Of a stretch of 64,000 nucleotides of DNA, positions 47,156 through 60,225 are shown one piece after another. Source of the DNA: Ostrea edulis (taxonomy: Eukaryota); the NCBI RefSeq assembly GCF_947568905.1, contig NC_079164.1, positions 1,984,001-2,048,000 of the forward strand. Direction: 5' to 3'. Every line of letters starts with the position of its first letter. Positions within the stretch are counted from its first letter, which is position 1. The notes below the pieces were generated by a model. It was not told where the DNA came from. It saw only the letters and a list, made by a program, of their open reading frames with translations, and made no database searches. The position numbers and the translations under genes are program-made.

Positions 47156-47935
47156 TCTATTCATTCGTCCCCCTTCCTTGACGTAGAAGATAACAAGAAT
47201 TATAACGCTTGCGGTTTCATAAATTTATAGAGTTATCTTTTTGAATGAATCAGACGACACCTGCACAAGCTGTCAAAAATCTTGACCGTCAAAATAAAAA
47301 TGGACGCCGCGCTGGAAGCTATGAAGTTTGCAAAAATGGCCGTTACTTAGGTACTCTATATAATGCAATGTAAAGAATTGATATATACAGACTGTAACGA
47401 AAGAAGAAATTTACATTCCGTTCCACTCACTTGACACTGCTGTGACGGTCGAGCGCAGCTTCTTGCACATGACATTGTGGTAATATTTATTAAACTATAA
47501 ACATTACATAGATTACCAGGCTCTAAGTTTAAGTATGGTGCCGAACTCTGAATCGTCTACTTTGCCCTGTCGTCGTCTCAACTCTCAACTGATTTCCTTA
47601 CGGCGATCACTCCTCTGTCTTCTGTTTATAGTCATAGTCAGGTCGTACGTCAGTCCTGTCGGTTGAATGGCTAAACCTACTACATCCTCCCCTTTTAAAA
47701 ATTCAGGATGCCCCCGAATCATAGGACACCCTCATCTTAGTCAGAATATAGAGAAATACATACATAAAACAATCTAAACTTATCCCCACGTAACCGGGAA
47801 TATATCCAACGAATTGAAAAAAAAATGTGCAAATATCCTACCTGTACTAACATAAAAGGTGAAAAAAATAATAATATGCCTATGTGTGAATTTAACACAC
47901 AATGATTATACTCGAGTCACTACTTTCCGAGTAAT

Positions 47936-48760
47936 TTACTTAGATGGGCGGGGTAATTTGTTTGATGGTCCATCATCAGCAACACTCTCATGCCCTCTCT
48001 TGGATAAGATCCTGGCATTCCTAGAATGTGAATGTGCATATTCATAGTCTGCTTCCTGGACATTCTCCACAGCAGACGTGAAGTGGTGCCCAAAGTTCAG
48101 ATAGTGTAGTCTTTGTGCTGCTACCAGATGTTGATAGAATAGAATTTGGTATCTCCAGTGGATCAAAACGCTTGGGGAATTTATCGGTTTTAACTGAAAG
48201 ATACCCGGATCAGGCCACCTCATCCACCTTGACAACTTCCTCATCTACTTCTGAGATCTGTCCATAATCTGCGACTGGGAGGGAACCTGTGGGGAGGTAA
48301 ATTCTTCAGCCCATCGCACTAAATCTTCCACTCTATCTGACTGAGCCAAACAAAACAGCAGGAGTTGATACATGTATCTCCACTCACTCACTTTTGCGTC
48401 TTTTATTGATGGCTGGGGTTATCCCATAAGATACGTGGCAGATATTCTGCTTGAACATGGAATTTAAGTTTACGCCCAATAAAGTCGCACTCCTGCACAG
48501 GACAACTGGTTTTGCGTGAATTTGTCTCCTGTCCTTCATCTTCATATCCTTACCATCTTGCACTTTTACTACTTTTTTCTGTGGGGATGATTGCGCGAAC
48601 CAATCAGATTCTGATGTGATCTCTTCTGTCTCCACCAACAGTTCCTTGATGTTTATCTGTTGTGACTTTTCCTCTTCTCCATTAGACACCAGCTCACCAG
48701 ATTCCCCATAATGGACATATGTGTCGTCATCTAATAACTCGCAATCACTGGATATATTTC
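47936..48760 (-). pseudogene. Frameshifted coding remnant of unknown identity, probably transposon-borne
   Basis: Stitched frames give a CPVQECDFIGRKLKFHVQAEYLP Cys/His motif, then LLLFCLAQSDRVEDLVRWAEEFYLP and KLSRWMRWPDPGIFQLKPINSPSVLIHWRYQ; several frameshifts and stops. Confidence 0.35.
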
Positions 48761-48950
48761 AACTATGATAAATAATGACTATACCGTGCATACATTTGTC
48801 AAATAGAAAACAATCTCGAATCCTTGAACTGTAAACAAAAAAAAAACACAACTATATATATACATGATATATTTACATTCTTTTTTACCTGGATCTTACA
48901 ATTGACTTTTCTTCTGATAAAAGGGACAAAAGTATTTTGTCCACCTATAT

Positions 48951-49295
48951 GCCTGCTCTGGTGGTCGAGAGGTTAGAGCGTTCGCCCCGCATGCGGAAGG
49001 CCGGGGTTCAAATCCCGGCCGCGACAGACCTAAGCTGTTAAAGCAGGTAGTGCCAGTTTCATCACCAAACGCTCGACATCAGGTGTGAATGTCACGGGTC
49101 CTCGGAAATGACCTTAAAAACTGATGACCCGTGTCACAGTAGGTGTGGCACGCTAAAGAACCCTCACTGCTCAATGACCATAATCGCCGAGCATAGGCCT
49201 GAATTTGAAGCCCTTCATTGGTCTTGGTGACGTCTCCATATGAGTGAAATATTCTCGAGCGAGACGTTAAGCAAGATACAATCAATCAGTCAATC
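48951..49295 (+). mobile_element. Intact tRNA-derived SINE (Ala-like head, AATC tail)
   Basis: A box tggtcgagaggttagagc, B box ggttcaaatccc, conserved body, tail acaatcaatcagtcaatc. Confidence 0.85.
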
Positions 49296-49299
49296 CACC

Positions 49300-49620
49300 T
49301 CTTTGGTATTTGTTGGTACCTTCCAGTTTTTACTAGTCTCCACATACTCTTCACCTATCGCCATACCACGTTTGTTCACTGTTCGTCTGAGAAAACTCAC
49401 TTCCTCTTTGCATAAATCACATTTTCGGGGTTTCAGTTTAATTCAGTACTGACGAAAACGTCCAAACACAGCCCTCAGATTACTCATATGGTCCTCAAAA
49501 TTCTTCCCCATTACTAGTATATCGTCCAGAAAACAAAGCACAATTGGCCAATTCAGTCCACGCAATACTAAGTCCATAGCACGTGCCTACATGGATGGAG
49601 CATTGCACAACCCAAAACTA
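49300..49620 (-). mobile_element. Gypsy/Ty3 reverse transcriptase relic (not in ORF track)
   Basis: FGLCNAPSM*ARAMDLVLRGLNWPIVLCFLDDILVMGKNFEDHMSNLRAVFGRFRQY*IKLKPRKC...EVSFL, with two in-frame stops; cut by the SINE. Confidence 0.85.
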
Positions 49621-51289
49621 ATAGAACATGTACCACAGAATGAGGTGAAACTACTTTACCTTTTTTCAGCATCACCTTGGAGATTACAGGAATTATTTTC
49701 TTAGGTCCTGTGGATATATCCAACTTCTCATCTTCAATGTTGAAAGTATGAATCTTTACGTCCACTAACAATTCATAAGTTACCATAAAGTTCGACCCTA
49801 ACAACTGTAACGACTGTTGGATGTATATTATAAAATCTATGGTAGGACACCAAGAAGGTATCTACCCGGTACCTATGAGGCTCGTTACAATAATAGGGTT
49901 CGAAGGTACCTATCTATATCAATGAAGAAAATGTATAATAGTTAATACAATAATTTATTGATAGTATCAAAAACACAAGTATAGTCACAGTTCAATTGCT
50001 CGGCTAAAATGTCTTAGTAATAAAACACTGATGGAAATCCGGTGTTGATCGGTGCCCGGTGCTACTAGGTGTCCGGTGTAATTAATTATCCGGTGTTGGG
50101 TGCTACAGGTGTAGTCGTTCTCGAACACTACGACTAGTCTAGTATACTACTAGATTATAATGGCATCAGGATTACAACCTGAACTAATTTAATTATACGT
50201 AAAATCCAACCCCCAACATCTATATCATATCATGCATATAGAACATTGTTAAACTAAGTACGATATCTAAGTAACTCGGTGCAAGGTGCTTCTGCACCGA
50301 CTCTAAAACTACTCCGTGTGTAATATACTAAAGTCCACCACCCTAAATCTATAACACCGTCATAGACTATATATTCAATGAACAGGGATATATCATATGC
50401 ATGCCATGCAAATTTACCGCTACCAAGTATACATTCATACAGAAGATATAATTAATCAATTCTAAATTCAACGCACCTGAAATGTGCGGTGACGGTGCAA
50501 CTTTGCACCGAACTATAAACTTATTTAAGTTTTCTAATTTATATTAAATCCAACTAGATCCGTTGAAATAACAATAACTTTAATAACTATAAACTATAAA
50601 ATATAACTAGTAACTAACTGGGAGAGACCTTGCGTGTCTCCCAGGGACGGAACCCCGAGTGCACCGACTATCAAATTTCACGACAAGAATTAATATGAAT
50701 TTCTAAGTACTCAATAAATTTACTATACTTTAATTCTCTAAAATTCCCTTTCTTGTACTATCTAGATAATCTAAATCAGCTACGTATTTTAATACTTAAA
50801 GTATTTGCTAAAATAAAGGAAATACCTCAACTTCGGTGCAGCAGTCGGTGCCAAACTTCGTAATGTAATATATTTTGCGGAATTCTGTCGCCGCGGACTA
50901 TGATTCGCGGCTTTTATATCTTGACGCAATGGTGCAGCTGATTACGTCATGTACTGTACCTAAAACTCCTAAAACATGCTTTTCTCAATAAAGTGAGATC
51001 TTCTGACTTACTAATATAATTCGTATATAACTTGGTAATTTATCTATGATTTTTAATGTAATCTAAGCATTTTATCTATAAAGTTTCATTTCTAAAACTA
51101 TTGAAGTGTCGACGTGTCCTTCCTAAATCCGGAAAATATCCGTCTCTATCATACGGATTCTGTAATTATCGTGTGAAAAGCATTTCCTGTCTGTACGTCT
51201 AATGACATCCAGGTAATAAACAAATGAGAATTTCTAACACTTTTAAGTGATATCAGTCTAAAGCTCTATCGGAATCATCCTACTAAAAG

Positions 51290-52405
51290 TATGTCTCACG
51301 GGCGCAACACAACATATCATCCTTGATTGGCGCTACGTATACCTCCGTCGCATACGACTTGGACCCAATCTTCAAATTTACTGCACCCACCACAAAAATC
51401 TTCATCATCACTCCACGACCAGCTACATACATCATGGTTTCTCTCAACACTCTCAACAGTCTAACACAGGCTATAGAAACACCAACTCGTGGAGCGAATA
51501 CCCTATACCTTTGACAACAAATCACCCTGGGAGTATCATTAGAACAGAACATCGTCCTGGAATATCAGACCATGATGTTGTTTTTGTGGAGTTTGACTTG
51601 ATGCCTGTGAAAATCCAACAGAGACCAAGGAAAATCCCACTATACGGAAAAGCAGATTGGGACGGTATACGAACAAATCTCATTAACATCTATGAAACAG
51701 TGACGAACATGTGCCAATAAACAGCCTTTGGGACACATTCCAGTCTGCATTAGATGGAAGTGTACAAAAGAACATCCCAACTAAGAATGCAAAAACCAAA
51801 GATGGATGTCCATGAATCACCAGAAACATCCAAAAATTAATACGAAAAAAGGACAGATGTACCATGTACCAGAAGGAAGAAAAAGTCTGGCAACAAACAA
51901 GATACTAGCAAGTTCAAGGAACTCAAGAGAAAGACACAACAGGAAATGAGAAGGGCGTATTGGAAATACATAGCAGGGCTAGTGACACCAGATCCAAATC
52001 AGGTAACAACAGGAAACGATTCTGGACATTCGTAAAACACCGAAGATCAGATGGAAACAGCATACCGTCCCTAAATGCAGATGGAGTTCTACATCCTGAT
52101 CCAACAGACAAGGCTAATATTCTCAACAAGCAATTCCAACGTGCATTCTCAGAACCGGTAAATGTTCGGAGGAGTTCAAACAGCGGTGTAAGATAGAAGG
52201 TCATTATCCTGAGATTGACAACATTGAAATATCAGAAAAAGGGGTCCTCAAATTACTAAAGCAACTTAACCCACATCAAGCAGCTGGGCCTGACAACTTA
52301 ACACCAATAATTCTCAAGGAGGTAGCAGAACATGTGGCACCAATGCTCACTATAATATTCAACTACTCGTATGAGATAGGTGAAATACCAACAGCATGGC
52401 GAACG
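51290..52405 (+). mobile_element. Decayed LINE (CR1/L2-like) endonuclease end and RT N-terminal region
   Basis: GISDHDVV (APE C-terminal SDH motif), YGKADWDGIR, KRFWTFVK, DKANILNKQF, AAGPDNL...LKEVAEHVAPML..IFN.S...GEIPTAW across shifted frames. Confidence 0.8.
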
Positions 52406-52409
52406 GCGA

Positions 52410-53105
52410 GAATCGTGAAGATTTAGATGAGTGTTGTTTATTAAGATCTCTTACTGTGACCTTCATTGCGACATTTAGATATATCGACGAAGTTTTATCA
52501 ATTAACAATAATAATTTTCAGTCATATATCTATTCGATATATGCCTGTGAACTCGAAATACAAAGCACCACAGAGTTGTCCACTACTGCTTCATACGTCG
52601 ATATTTTATTGAAAGTAGATATTAACGGCAAACTAACAACTCAATTGTATGACAAACTGGAGGATTTCAGCTTCTCCATCGTCAACTTCCCATATTTATG
52701 TATAGCAATATTCCATTATCACCTGCATATGGTGTTTATATATCTTAACTGATTCGATACGCAAGAGCTTGTTCTGCGTATGGTCAGTTTTTAAATCGAG
52801 GCAAGCTACAGACAAACACGTTGATGGTACAGTTGCCAATACAAACTATCATTGGCTCAAATGTTGTCTGACGTGTTTCATACCGATTGTTAGACCGTTC
52901 TTGGCACACTGATTTTCACTACAGTTGGCTACGTTTACCTGATATATAGGGCTCACGGTGGGTGTGACCGGTCGACAGGGGATGCTTACTCCTCCTAGGC
53001 ACCTGATCCCACCCCTGGTGTGTTCAGGGGTCTGTGTTTGCCCAACTATCTATTTTACATTGCTTATAGAAGTTATTAGATTGATCACTTATTTTCACCT
53101 TTCAT
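52410..53105 (+). mobile_element. Penelope-like element: RT C-terminus plus the 3' region that is the window's commonest repeat
   Basis: TFRYIDEVLSINN...IY..ELEI..TT....ASY.DILL....NGKLTTQLYDK..DFSFSIVNFPYL, then (shifted) PAYGVYISQLIRYARACS; no GIY-YIG follows the RT. Confidence 0.8.
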
Positions 53106-53483
53106 GATAAACAGAAAACTGTGACCTTGTATCTGAAGGCCGCACATTTGGGGTCACTCCCTGTTAATGTACTACAAATCTAAGTAAGTACTCTAAATCA
53201 TGTTTATTTACATATATATCTATATATACTTTGAAACATATACAGAAAACAAACAAAACAATGTTCAATCAGACACACATACACGACACGTTAATTACAA
53301 GTCACAAAGACTAGCGTAATTAACACAGCTGTAATCAACATAGGACTGTAATTAACATGGTGTTTATTACCAGAAGCAACACAGAACTGTTTAGGTGTGT
53401 AATTCGCACAGTATTGAAATTTATAATTAACGCTGTATTGTATATGTAATTAACACTGTAGAGATGTGTAATTAACACTGCGT

Positions 53484-53887
53484 TTACAGATATTGGATTT
53501 TCTTCACTTTAGCAGTGAGATACTCAGCCACAAAGAGGTTGTCTTTGAGGTCCACACACAAACCGTGAGGACGTTCTAAATTCTGGATGTAAAGGAGAAA
53601 CTGTCCGTCCTGGTCTAGGATGTGGATACGGTGATTGTAAATGTCTGCTGTCAGGATGTGACTCTGGCTGTCTGTAGTGATGCCGAATGGAGTAAATGAT
53701 TGCTCGGTATTAGAGGGATGACCAATGTATCTAAATCGGAGTTTTCCTGACTGATTGACCACCACTACTGCTTTAGCTTCATAGTCAGCCACACAAATAT
53801 CCAGGTTCCTGTTCTCACTTATGTATTTAGTGTAACCACCAGATGAATAGAGAGGACGACCCTGATCTTCAAACTGAATGGATTGTG

Positions 53888-53918
<31 letters not shown>

Positions 53919-55166
53919 GGATTGTTTGTGATCATCACTGACCATGGTAACCAGGAGATCATTAGAGGAGGTACTGCAGACATTGTGAGGTACCCACCCA
54001 TGTAGTGTGATCACGGTCTGTATCTGTTTATTCTTCACTAAGTTTACAGTTTTATTATAATCAGTATAAACAAGATCTCCGTCCCGTGTCACTGATATGT
54101 CCAGTGGTTCGTTCCTTGACTCGGTTTGTATTGATGTCAGTAGTTCACCCCGGAGGTTGAGGAGCTTCATGATTTTGTCTTCCCCGCATGTCCAGACTTG
54201 CTCTTCACTCAGACAGCTAACACTGTATAGATCGTCATACCCAGTGTCTATGGCGGCGGTGACGCGCGGTTCATCAAGCAGTGGTTTGACTGGACGAGAC
54301 GACACATGTACAGCTTCTGGTAACTTCATTGTGCAGCCTTGTTTTTCTTTTGTAATGGACAATGATGACACAGAACCAACCATTTTATTGAGCTGATCTT
54401 TATTTATTTTGGAAAGAGATAAACTCGGTAATGTGACTCGGACTTTAGGAGGTAATTGTCGGAACTCGCCATTCCTAGATTTGTAAGTAGACGTTAGAGA
54501 GACGTCCTTGGTGTTCAGTATTTTCTTCAGGTCCTCAATGATCTTTCTAAGTTCTGTAATTCTCTGTGTAATTTCATCTGTGTTTTTATTTAGCGCGTCC
54601 AGGTGTTTATTTTTCATCTCCTGGATGTCGGATTTCCGCTGGTTGACAATGGCGGTGACCTCCCGGTGTAAGACTTCTCCTTGTTGATCGGCAGTTGTGG
54701 CCAGTTTCCCGTAATTCGTTTCTAACTCGGATTTCTCAATTTGGACATTGGATGCCATTTCTTCATATCGGGGATAAATTCTGCTCTCTAGTTCCTCTAA
54801 ATCTTTTTGTAAACTTTCCGTTTTAGAGTTAATTTTTTCCAGAACATCACACAAATTGTGACCTCTATGTTTTTTTGAGACACAGGTAGAACAGACAGGA
54901 ACCTCACATTTTTCACAGTAAAGTTCGCTATGTTTATCCGCGTGTGTCAGACATTTTGGGTAGCTAGGAGTAGACTTTCTGTCTAAAAAGGACACGACAT
55001 TGTGCTTTTTAGATGAATCAGAAAGGTGTTCCCCAACACAAGCCTTGCATAAGTTTACGTTACAAAGTTCACAGTGACTCTGTATGGGGGTAATTTCACA
55101 GAGGTCACACAGTAGGACGGCCTGGGCACTACGCCGGGGGTGCAGCATTTCTGGTATCTGAGTCAT
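53484..55166 (-). CDS. RING-less TRIM-like protein: two B-boxes, coiled coil, NHL-type beta-propeller (560 aa, single coding exon)
   Basis: B-box1 CDLC..SHCELCNVNLCKACVGEH; B-box2 CLTH...YCEKCEVPVCSTCVSKKHRGH; NHL repeats PFGITTDSQSHILTAD..NHRIHILDQDGQFL and PHGLCVD; splice acceptor ~12 nt upstream of the ATG. Confidence 0.88.
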
Positions 55167-55864
55167 ACAAGTTCACTGCCATTAAAACAAGAGAAAAATT
55201 AAACATGTTTACAGGTTAAACAATATACAAGTTATAATTACAACGTGCTATTAAAAGTACTCATTCAATCTAATTTTCTTAAATACAATGAAAACATGAT
55301 CAGTAATACATACCAAAGATACACCCCTCCTTCTTCTAAACTGTATACATTATGATCAGTGAGAGCAGATCTTTCACATTAATTATATTATGATCGTTTA
55401 AAGAAATATCTTATCCATTTTAAACAATTTTATGGCACTGCAATATTTGTCACACCCGTAAATCCAGTATGGCCTCCTCGATGTTTCGACTTTCCGCCTA
55501 CAGATTTAGTCCTGTGATTTTATTGCACGGCGTCAGTTTTTTATACGTTATCTAGATTTATACTTTATATTTACCCAGTTTATACATACTTATCTGCTTT
55601 CAGAGAGCAAAATCAAACAGTCATACCTACATTATCTTTTTATGGATTTTACATTTTCAAGGCGATATACAAAAAAATCCTCAGATAAATCATATAATCT
55701 CCGAGGAAAATATATATCAAACACAACATTTGTGTTTGTACATTGCAGTGTCCTTTACACCCTGTGTATTTACTCTCATTAAAATATCTTCATTCATATT
55801 CATATAGTTTATGGATAACTCGCGGACTGATACGGTTTTACGGGTGATTATGAAAGAATATTTT

Positions 55865-56098
55865 GCTTTACGTATTTACAGGTGATTAGGTAAGGATATT
55901 CTGTTTTACGTTTTTACAGGTGATTAGGTAAGGATATTCTGCTTTACGTATTTACAGGTGTTTAGGTAAGGATATTCTGTTTTACGTTTTTACAGGTGAT
56001 TAGGTAAGGATATTTTGCTTTACATTTTTACAATTGTTTAGGTAAGGATATTCTGCTTTACGTTTTTAAAGGTGATTAGGTAAGAATATTCTGTTATA
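55865..56098. repeat. 39-bp minisatellite, ~6 copies, upstream of TRIM-like gene 1
   Basis: Unit tacaggtgattaggtaaggatattctgctttacgttttt. Confidence 0.9.
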
Positions 56099-58435
56099 CA
56101 CATGCGCTTCTCCATTTTGGTAATGATATATTGAGATCCATTCAAAAGCCTGGAATTGACCATTTCACGAATGTTACGCATGCAGTTACATATGTCTAAA
56201 GACTTAAGTACTAACAAAAATATAAATGGGCTCTAAACTAAAACAAGGAAGGAATGCTAAAATGATAACATCAATTTAAACACTCTATATATATTTTTTT
56301 TTTCTGTGTGATACATGTATTACCGATCATAAAATTTTTAAATTGAAAAATCCTTGTAACGGAGCCCCACCCCCACCCCCCACCCCGAAATTTTGCCGAT
56401 ATATTACAAATTGGTATGATTATACATGTTTATAAAGATGGACAGGGACAACATTATATATTCCATAAGATATTTTTTTCATCCAACTAGACTAGTATAG
56501 TACTTACCCACAAAATCCACTGCAACATTGACTGGACACCCCCCCCCCCCCTGAAAAAAATTCTAGACCTGTCCCTCTCAGGGCTTTACCTAAACTACTG
56601 ATCTGGGTGGAGAGAAACAATTTAGGCAATATTCCTTTTTGTTGTTTATGATGATTTACTTAGTTTTAGTTGATCTCAAATTCATTTTCCGGATTCCCCT
56701 GATCTGAACTAGTATTCAGTACAATGTTCACTACTAAATGCTATGGAAGTTTGATCTTTCTACATTGACCACAAAGTACACACCTTTCTTTAGTCGAGTG
56801 CAAAGGTGTACACCACCTACACCCTGTACAGTGTACAATGTTTCTTTACAATTATCAATATTTCTTACCTGAAGTTTGAATTTTCTAGCGTATAAAATGA
56901 ACGGTAGATTTTTCATCTCATTTGATGAAGTCCCATATATATCAGGCATGTAGTGTCATTTTCAAAGTAGGGGGTGGGTAGCCGGAGACGATGACCTCAC
57001 AATTGTCTAAAATTCTTGACAAGCAAATAAAAGAAATCTGACATGTTTGGCTTAAAAATCCGAAAGGGGGAGGGGGGTTAGTGATATACAATTCATATTT
57101 TCTCCAAAACCCCCATATTTCCCAACCTTCAATTTCTGCATTCTTTATGGTTGTTGGTACATTCTAATTAAAATTAGATCCTATAATGTACTACACATGT
57201 GTAACTATAGGAGATGAGCGGATTATAGGATTTTTAGATTGGGTGTAGGCAGTACATGTTCATGTAGCGTACTATTTATTGTGCGCGCCTCTAAAAATTC
57301 CCAAACTTTTTATATCGGGAGGTAACGACTTTCAATAAATGGATTCAATTCATAATTTCTACCTTACATTCTTACCATTCACTTCTACTAATGGAAAAAT
57401 GAGGGGGGGGGGTGTTACCGAATATATCTTTATGTGCGCAAACATATAACAGAAAATGTGGGTTGTCAGAAAAGGGCCTTCTCTTGGTGGAATACTCACT
57501 ATAACAAATCAAGAATGTAGGGGAAGTATCGCCATTGTGGACTAGGGGCAAGAGTCACTATGTAGCCAGCCTCCTCGGGAAAAAGGCAAAATCTTGATAT
57601 ATAACATTAGCAATTTTTGGCTATTAATTTCTTCTTTCAAGATTTTAAAAATGCTTGAGGAAAACCTGCCTTTCAGCAGTCGATCAACGTCAAATGTGAA
57701 AGAACATTACATGCACATTATGTGGGTTCCTACCTGGCAAAACCTAAGTTTTATCATCTCGAACTCCGCTAAGCATATTGCTAGTTATAGAGAAACAAAA
57801 TCGGCTACCTAATGTATTCTTTCGTTATAAATAAGTTTGAAGGCATGGCCGGTAAGTACTTTCGAGAGGAAATCAGATACAGTGTATGTAGAATCAGGGC
57901 GGGGCCTCTCTTTTTTTAACGTCCTCTTTCCGTTATTTATATATGCAAAAACAAAAAGATATACTGTGCCCCCCCCCCCCTCAACGTTTTATTTATAATA
58001 ATGGGTTCTTATGTAATGGTAAAACTGTAAGACAGGGGTTATGTATTCAAGGACGATCTCTCCACTATCTTTACCTTTTCAAGCATTTTAGACAATAGTG
58101 TGAAGTCATCGACAACTACCCTCTTCATAAAACAAAACCAGTTACCTGGAACAGCTATCCCCCCCCCCCCCTAGTTTTATAATGATGAGAAGGAGGATCG
58201 ATTTTCATCACGGGAGTATTTTACTGGCAAACTCCTCAATTATGTTGAACAGTTTCGACTATTTGTTAAGATTTCTACAAATATTCTAGATTCCGGTTAT
58301 AACGACCACGACAACATAATTCTCTTTCATTTAAAATACGAATTTCAAAATCATATGAACCATTTTGTTATCTAATGACAGCATATGTTACATATTTTTT
58401 TTTAAGTTACATACATCATGATCAACTATGACATG

Positions 58436-58607
58436 CACGGATCTAGAGTCTCGAGGGGGATCGAGGGGGTCCAGACTGGAATTTGCAAAGATAAAAAAAA
58501 TTACAATATAACGATTTATAAGAAAAATGAGTTATATCACGGGTTCGATTTTGTGAAAAGGTTCAACCCCCCCCCCCCCCTTGGAAAAAAATTCTGGATC
58601 CGTGCCT
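58436..58607. mobile_element. MITE with CATGCACGGATC-type inverted ends
   Basis: catgcacggatctaga...tctggatccgtgcctg. Confidence 0.55.
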
Positions 58608-58899
58608 GTATGATTTACCTGGTAGTGTTTACATTTATCCACATTAGCCCGGCTTTTTTTTTTTTGTTGTACAGTTGATTCCTTCCTTTAGGGATTAAAC
58701 TACGACACAGGTGAGATTTATGTGCTATTGTATACAGCTTTTTTGTTTATACTCTGTAATTGAATAGGTATTATGCTGATGAGCCGTAAGGCTTAAAGTC
58801 AATAAACAACACAAAAAATGTGAACTCAGCTCAAATGGGATTTAAACCTACTTCCGATGTGCGATTTTAAAAAGTCACGTGACGAAATGTATTGACTTT

Positions 58900-59141
58900 G
58901 GCATAATCATGTTATTTGCACCGCAGTTTATTCCGTTATTCCCCCACCATCCCCCACCACCACGCACAAGGTTGTTTTAATTTATACTTCTTTCACCGGT
59001 GCCATATTTGAATGTTTTGAAAATTTGCATATTCCTATAGTAATGTAACGGAATAAACCAAATTTAAAGAGCAAATAACTCTTACTAAAGGAAAAATAAA
59101 TCCTACACTTTATCGCGCGGTGCGAATAACGTGATTATGCC
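58900..59141. mobile_element. MITE with ~25-bp TIR
   Basis: ggcataatcatgttatttgcaccgc / gcggtgcgaataacgtgattatgcc; flanks (t/g)tgacttt duplicated. Confidence 0.6.
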
Positions 59142-59241
59142 GTGACTTTCAAGTGAAAAATCATTTTTTTATTATTTGACGTTTCATACAATTAAACTTC
59201 GCATCAATATAACAGCATCCCTAGATTTACAAATATGGGTT

Positions 59242-59243
<2 letters not shown>

Positions 59244-59295
<52 letters not shown>

Positions 59296-59317
59296 ACACA
59301 CACACACACACACACAC
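59244..59317. repeat. Fold-back microsatellite (TG)24-TT-(AC)12
   Basis: Read directly from the sequence. Confidence 0.9.
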
Positions 59318-59934
59318 TTTAATGGATGTGGTTTTATAAGATACCACTATTTACCTATTAATGAATATTTAGGAGGGTACTATATATACTTCTCATGGAT
59401 GAGATTGTGACACCCATCTAAACAGTCGCTAATAGGTAATTAGTCCACCTGTTTACAAGATTGTTAATTCTCACAGATTATTCATCAGTCGAAAGTATGA
59501 AAGTAACATAACTAGGTATAATTCTGATGACAAGCATCACAAAAGAGTCCTGCTTTGTGGCATCTAATTTGCCAAGTTGAAGGTCCACAACTCTATAAAA
59601 ATGAGTCAAGAGAGCCCGAACTCAAACTTGATCTGCAACCAAATTAGTTGATATAAGTTCGTGAATACATATTCAGTTTAATGGTTGCCAAAAACGTCCA
59701 GAAAACTATCAATGTACGGACACACAGGCTGATCACTATAGGGCTCCCGACTATATAACAGGGGTCTTAAATAATTGTTGTAATGGACTAAGCCCAGTCA
59801 ATCTACGGACACACAGACTGATCACTATAAGGTTCCCGCCTATATAACATCTACATGTAATTAATTTTTGTAATGGAGTAAGCCTGGTGTCATGTAAAGA
59901 TCAATTAATTCTTAATTACCGGTTCATTTAGTTA

Positions 59935-60225
59935 TGATTTTAATTTGTGAGTGTTTATTTTGATTTTAATTTGTGAGTGTTTATTTTGATTTTAATTTGT
60001 GAGTGTTTATTTTGATTTTAATTTGTTGTGAGTGTTTATTTTGATTTTAATTTGTGAGTGTTTATTTTGATTTTGATTTGTGAGTGTTTATTTTGATTTT
60101 AATTTGTGAGTGTTTATTTTGATTTTAATTTGTGAGTGTTTATTTTGATTTTAATTTGTGAGTGTTTATTTTGATTTTGATTTGTGAGTGTTTATTTTGA
60201 TTTTAATTTGTGAGCGTTTATTTTG
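59935..60225. repeat. 26-bp AT-rich minisatellite, ~11 copies
   Basis: Unit taatttgtgagtgtttattttgattt. Confidence 0.9.

Noticed and set aside
49800-51250. Possible LTR of the Gypsy relic (TGTAACGA...TCGTTACA at ~49807-49889; repeated gcaccga motifs)
   Set aside because: No second LTR, PBS or polypurine tract could be identified.
52900-53105. Hammerhead or HDV-like ribozyme or SECIS in the PLE 3' region or the SINE body
   Set aside because: No CUGANGA...GAAA core and no consistent HDV pseudoknot or SECIS could be folded by eye; needs covariance-model searches.
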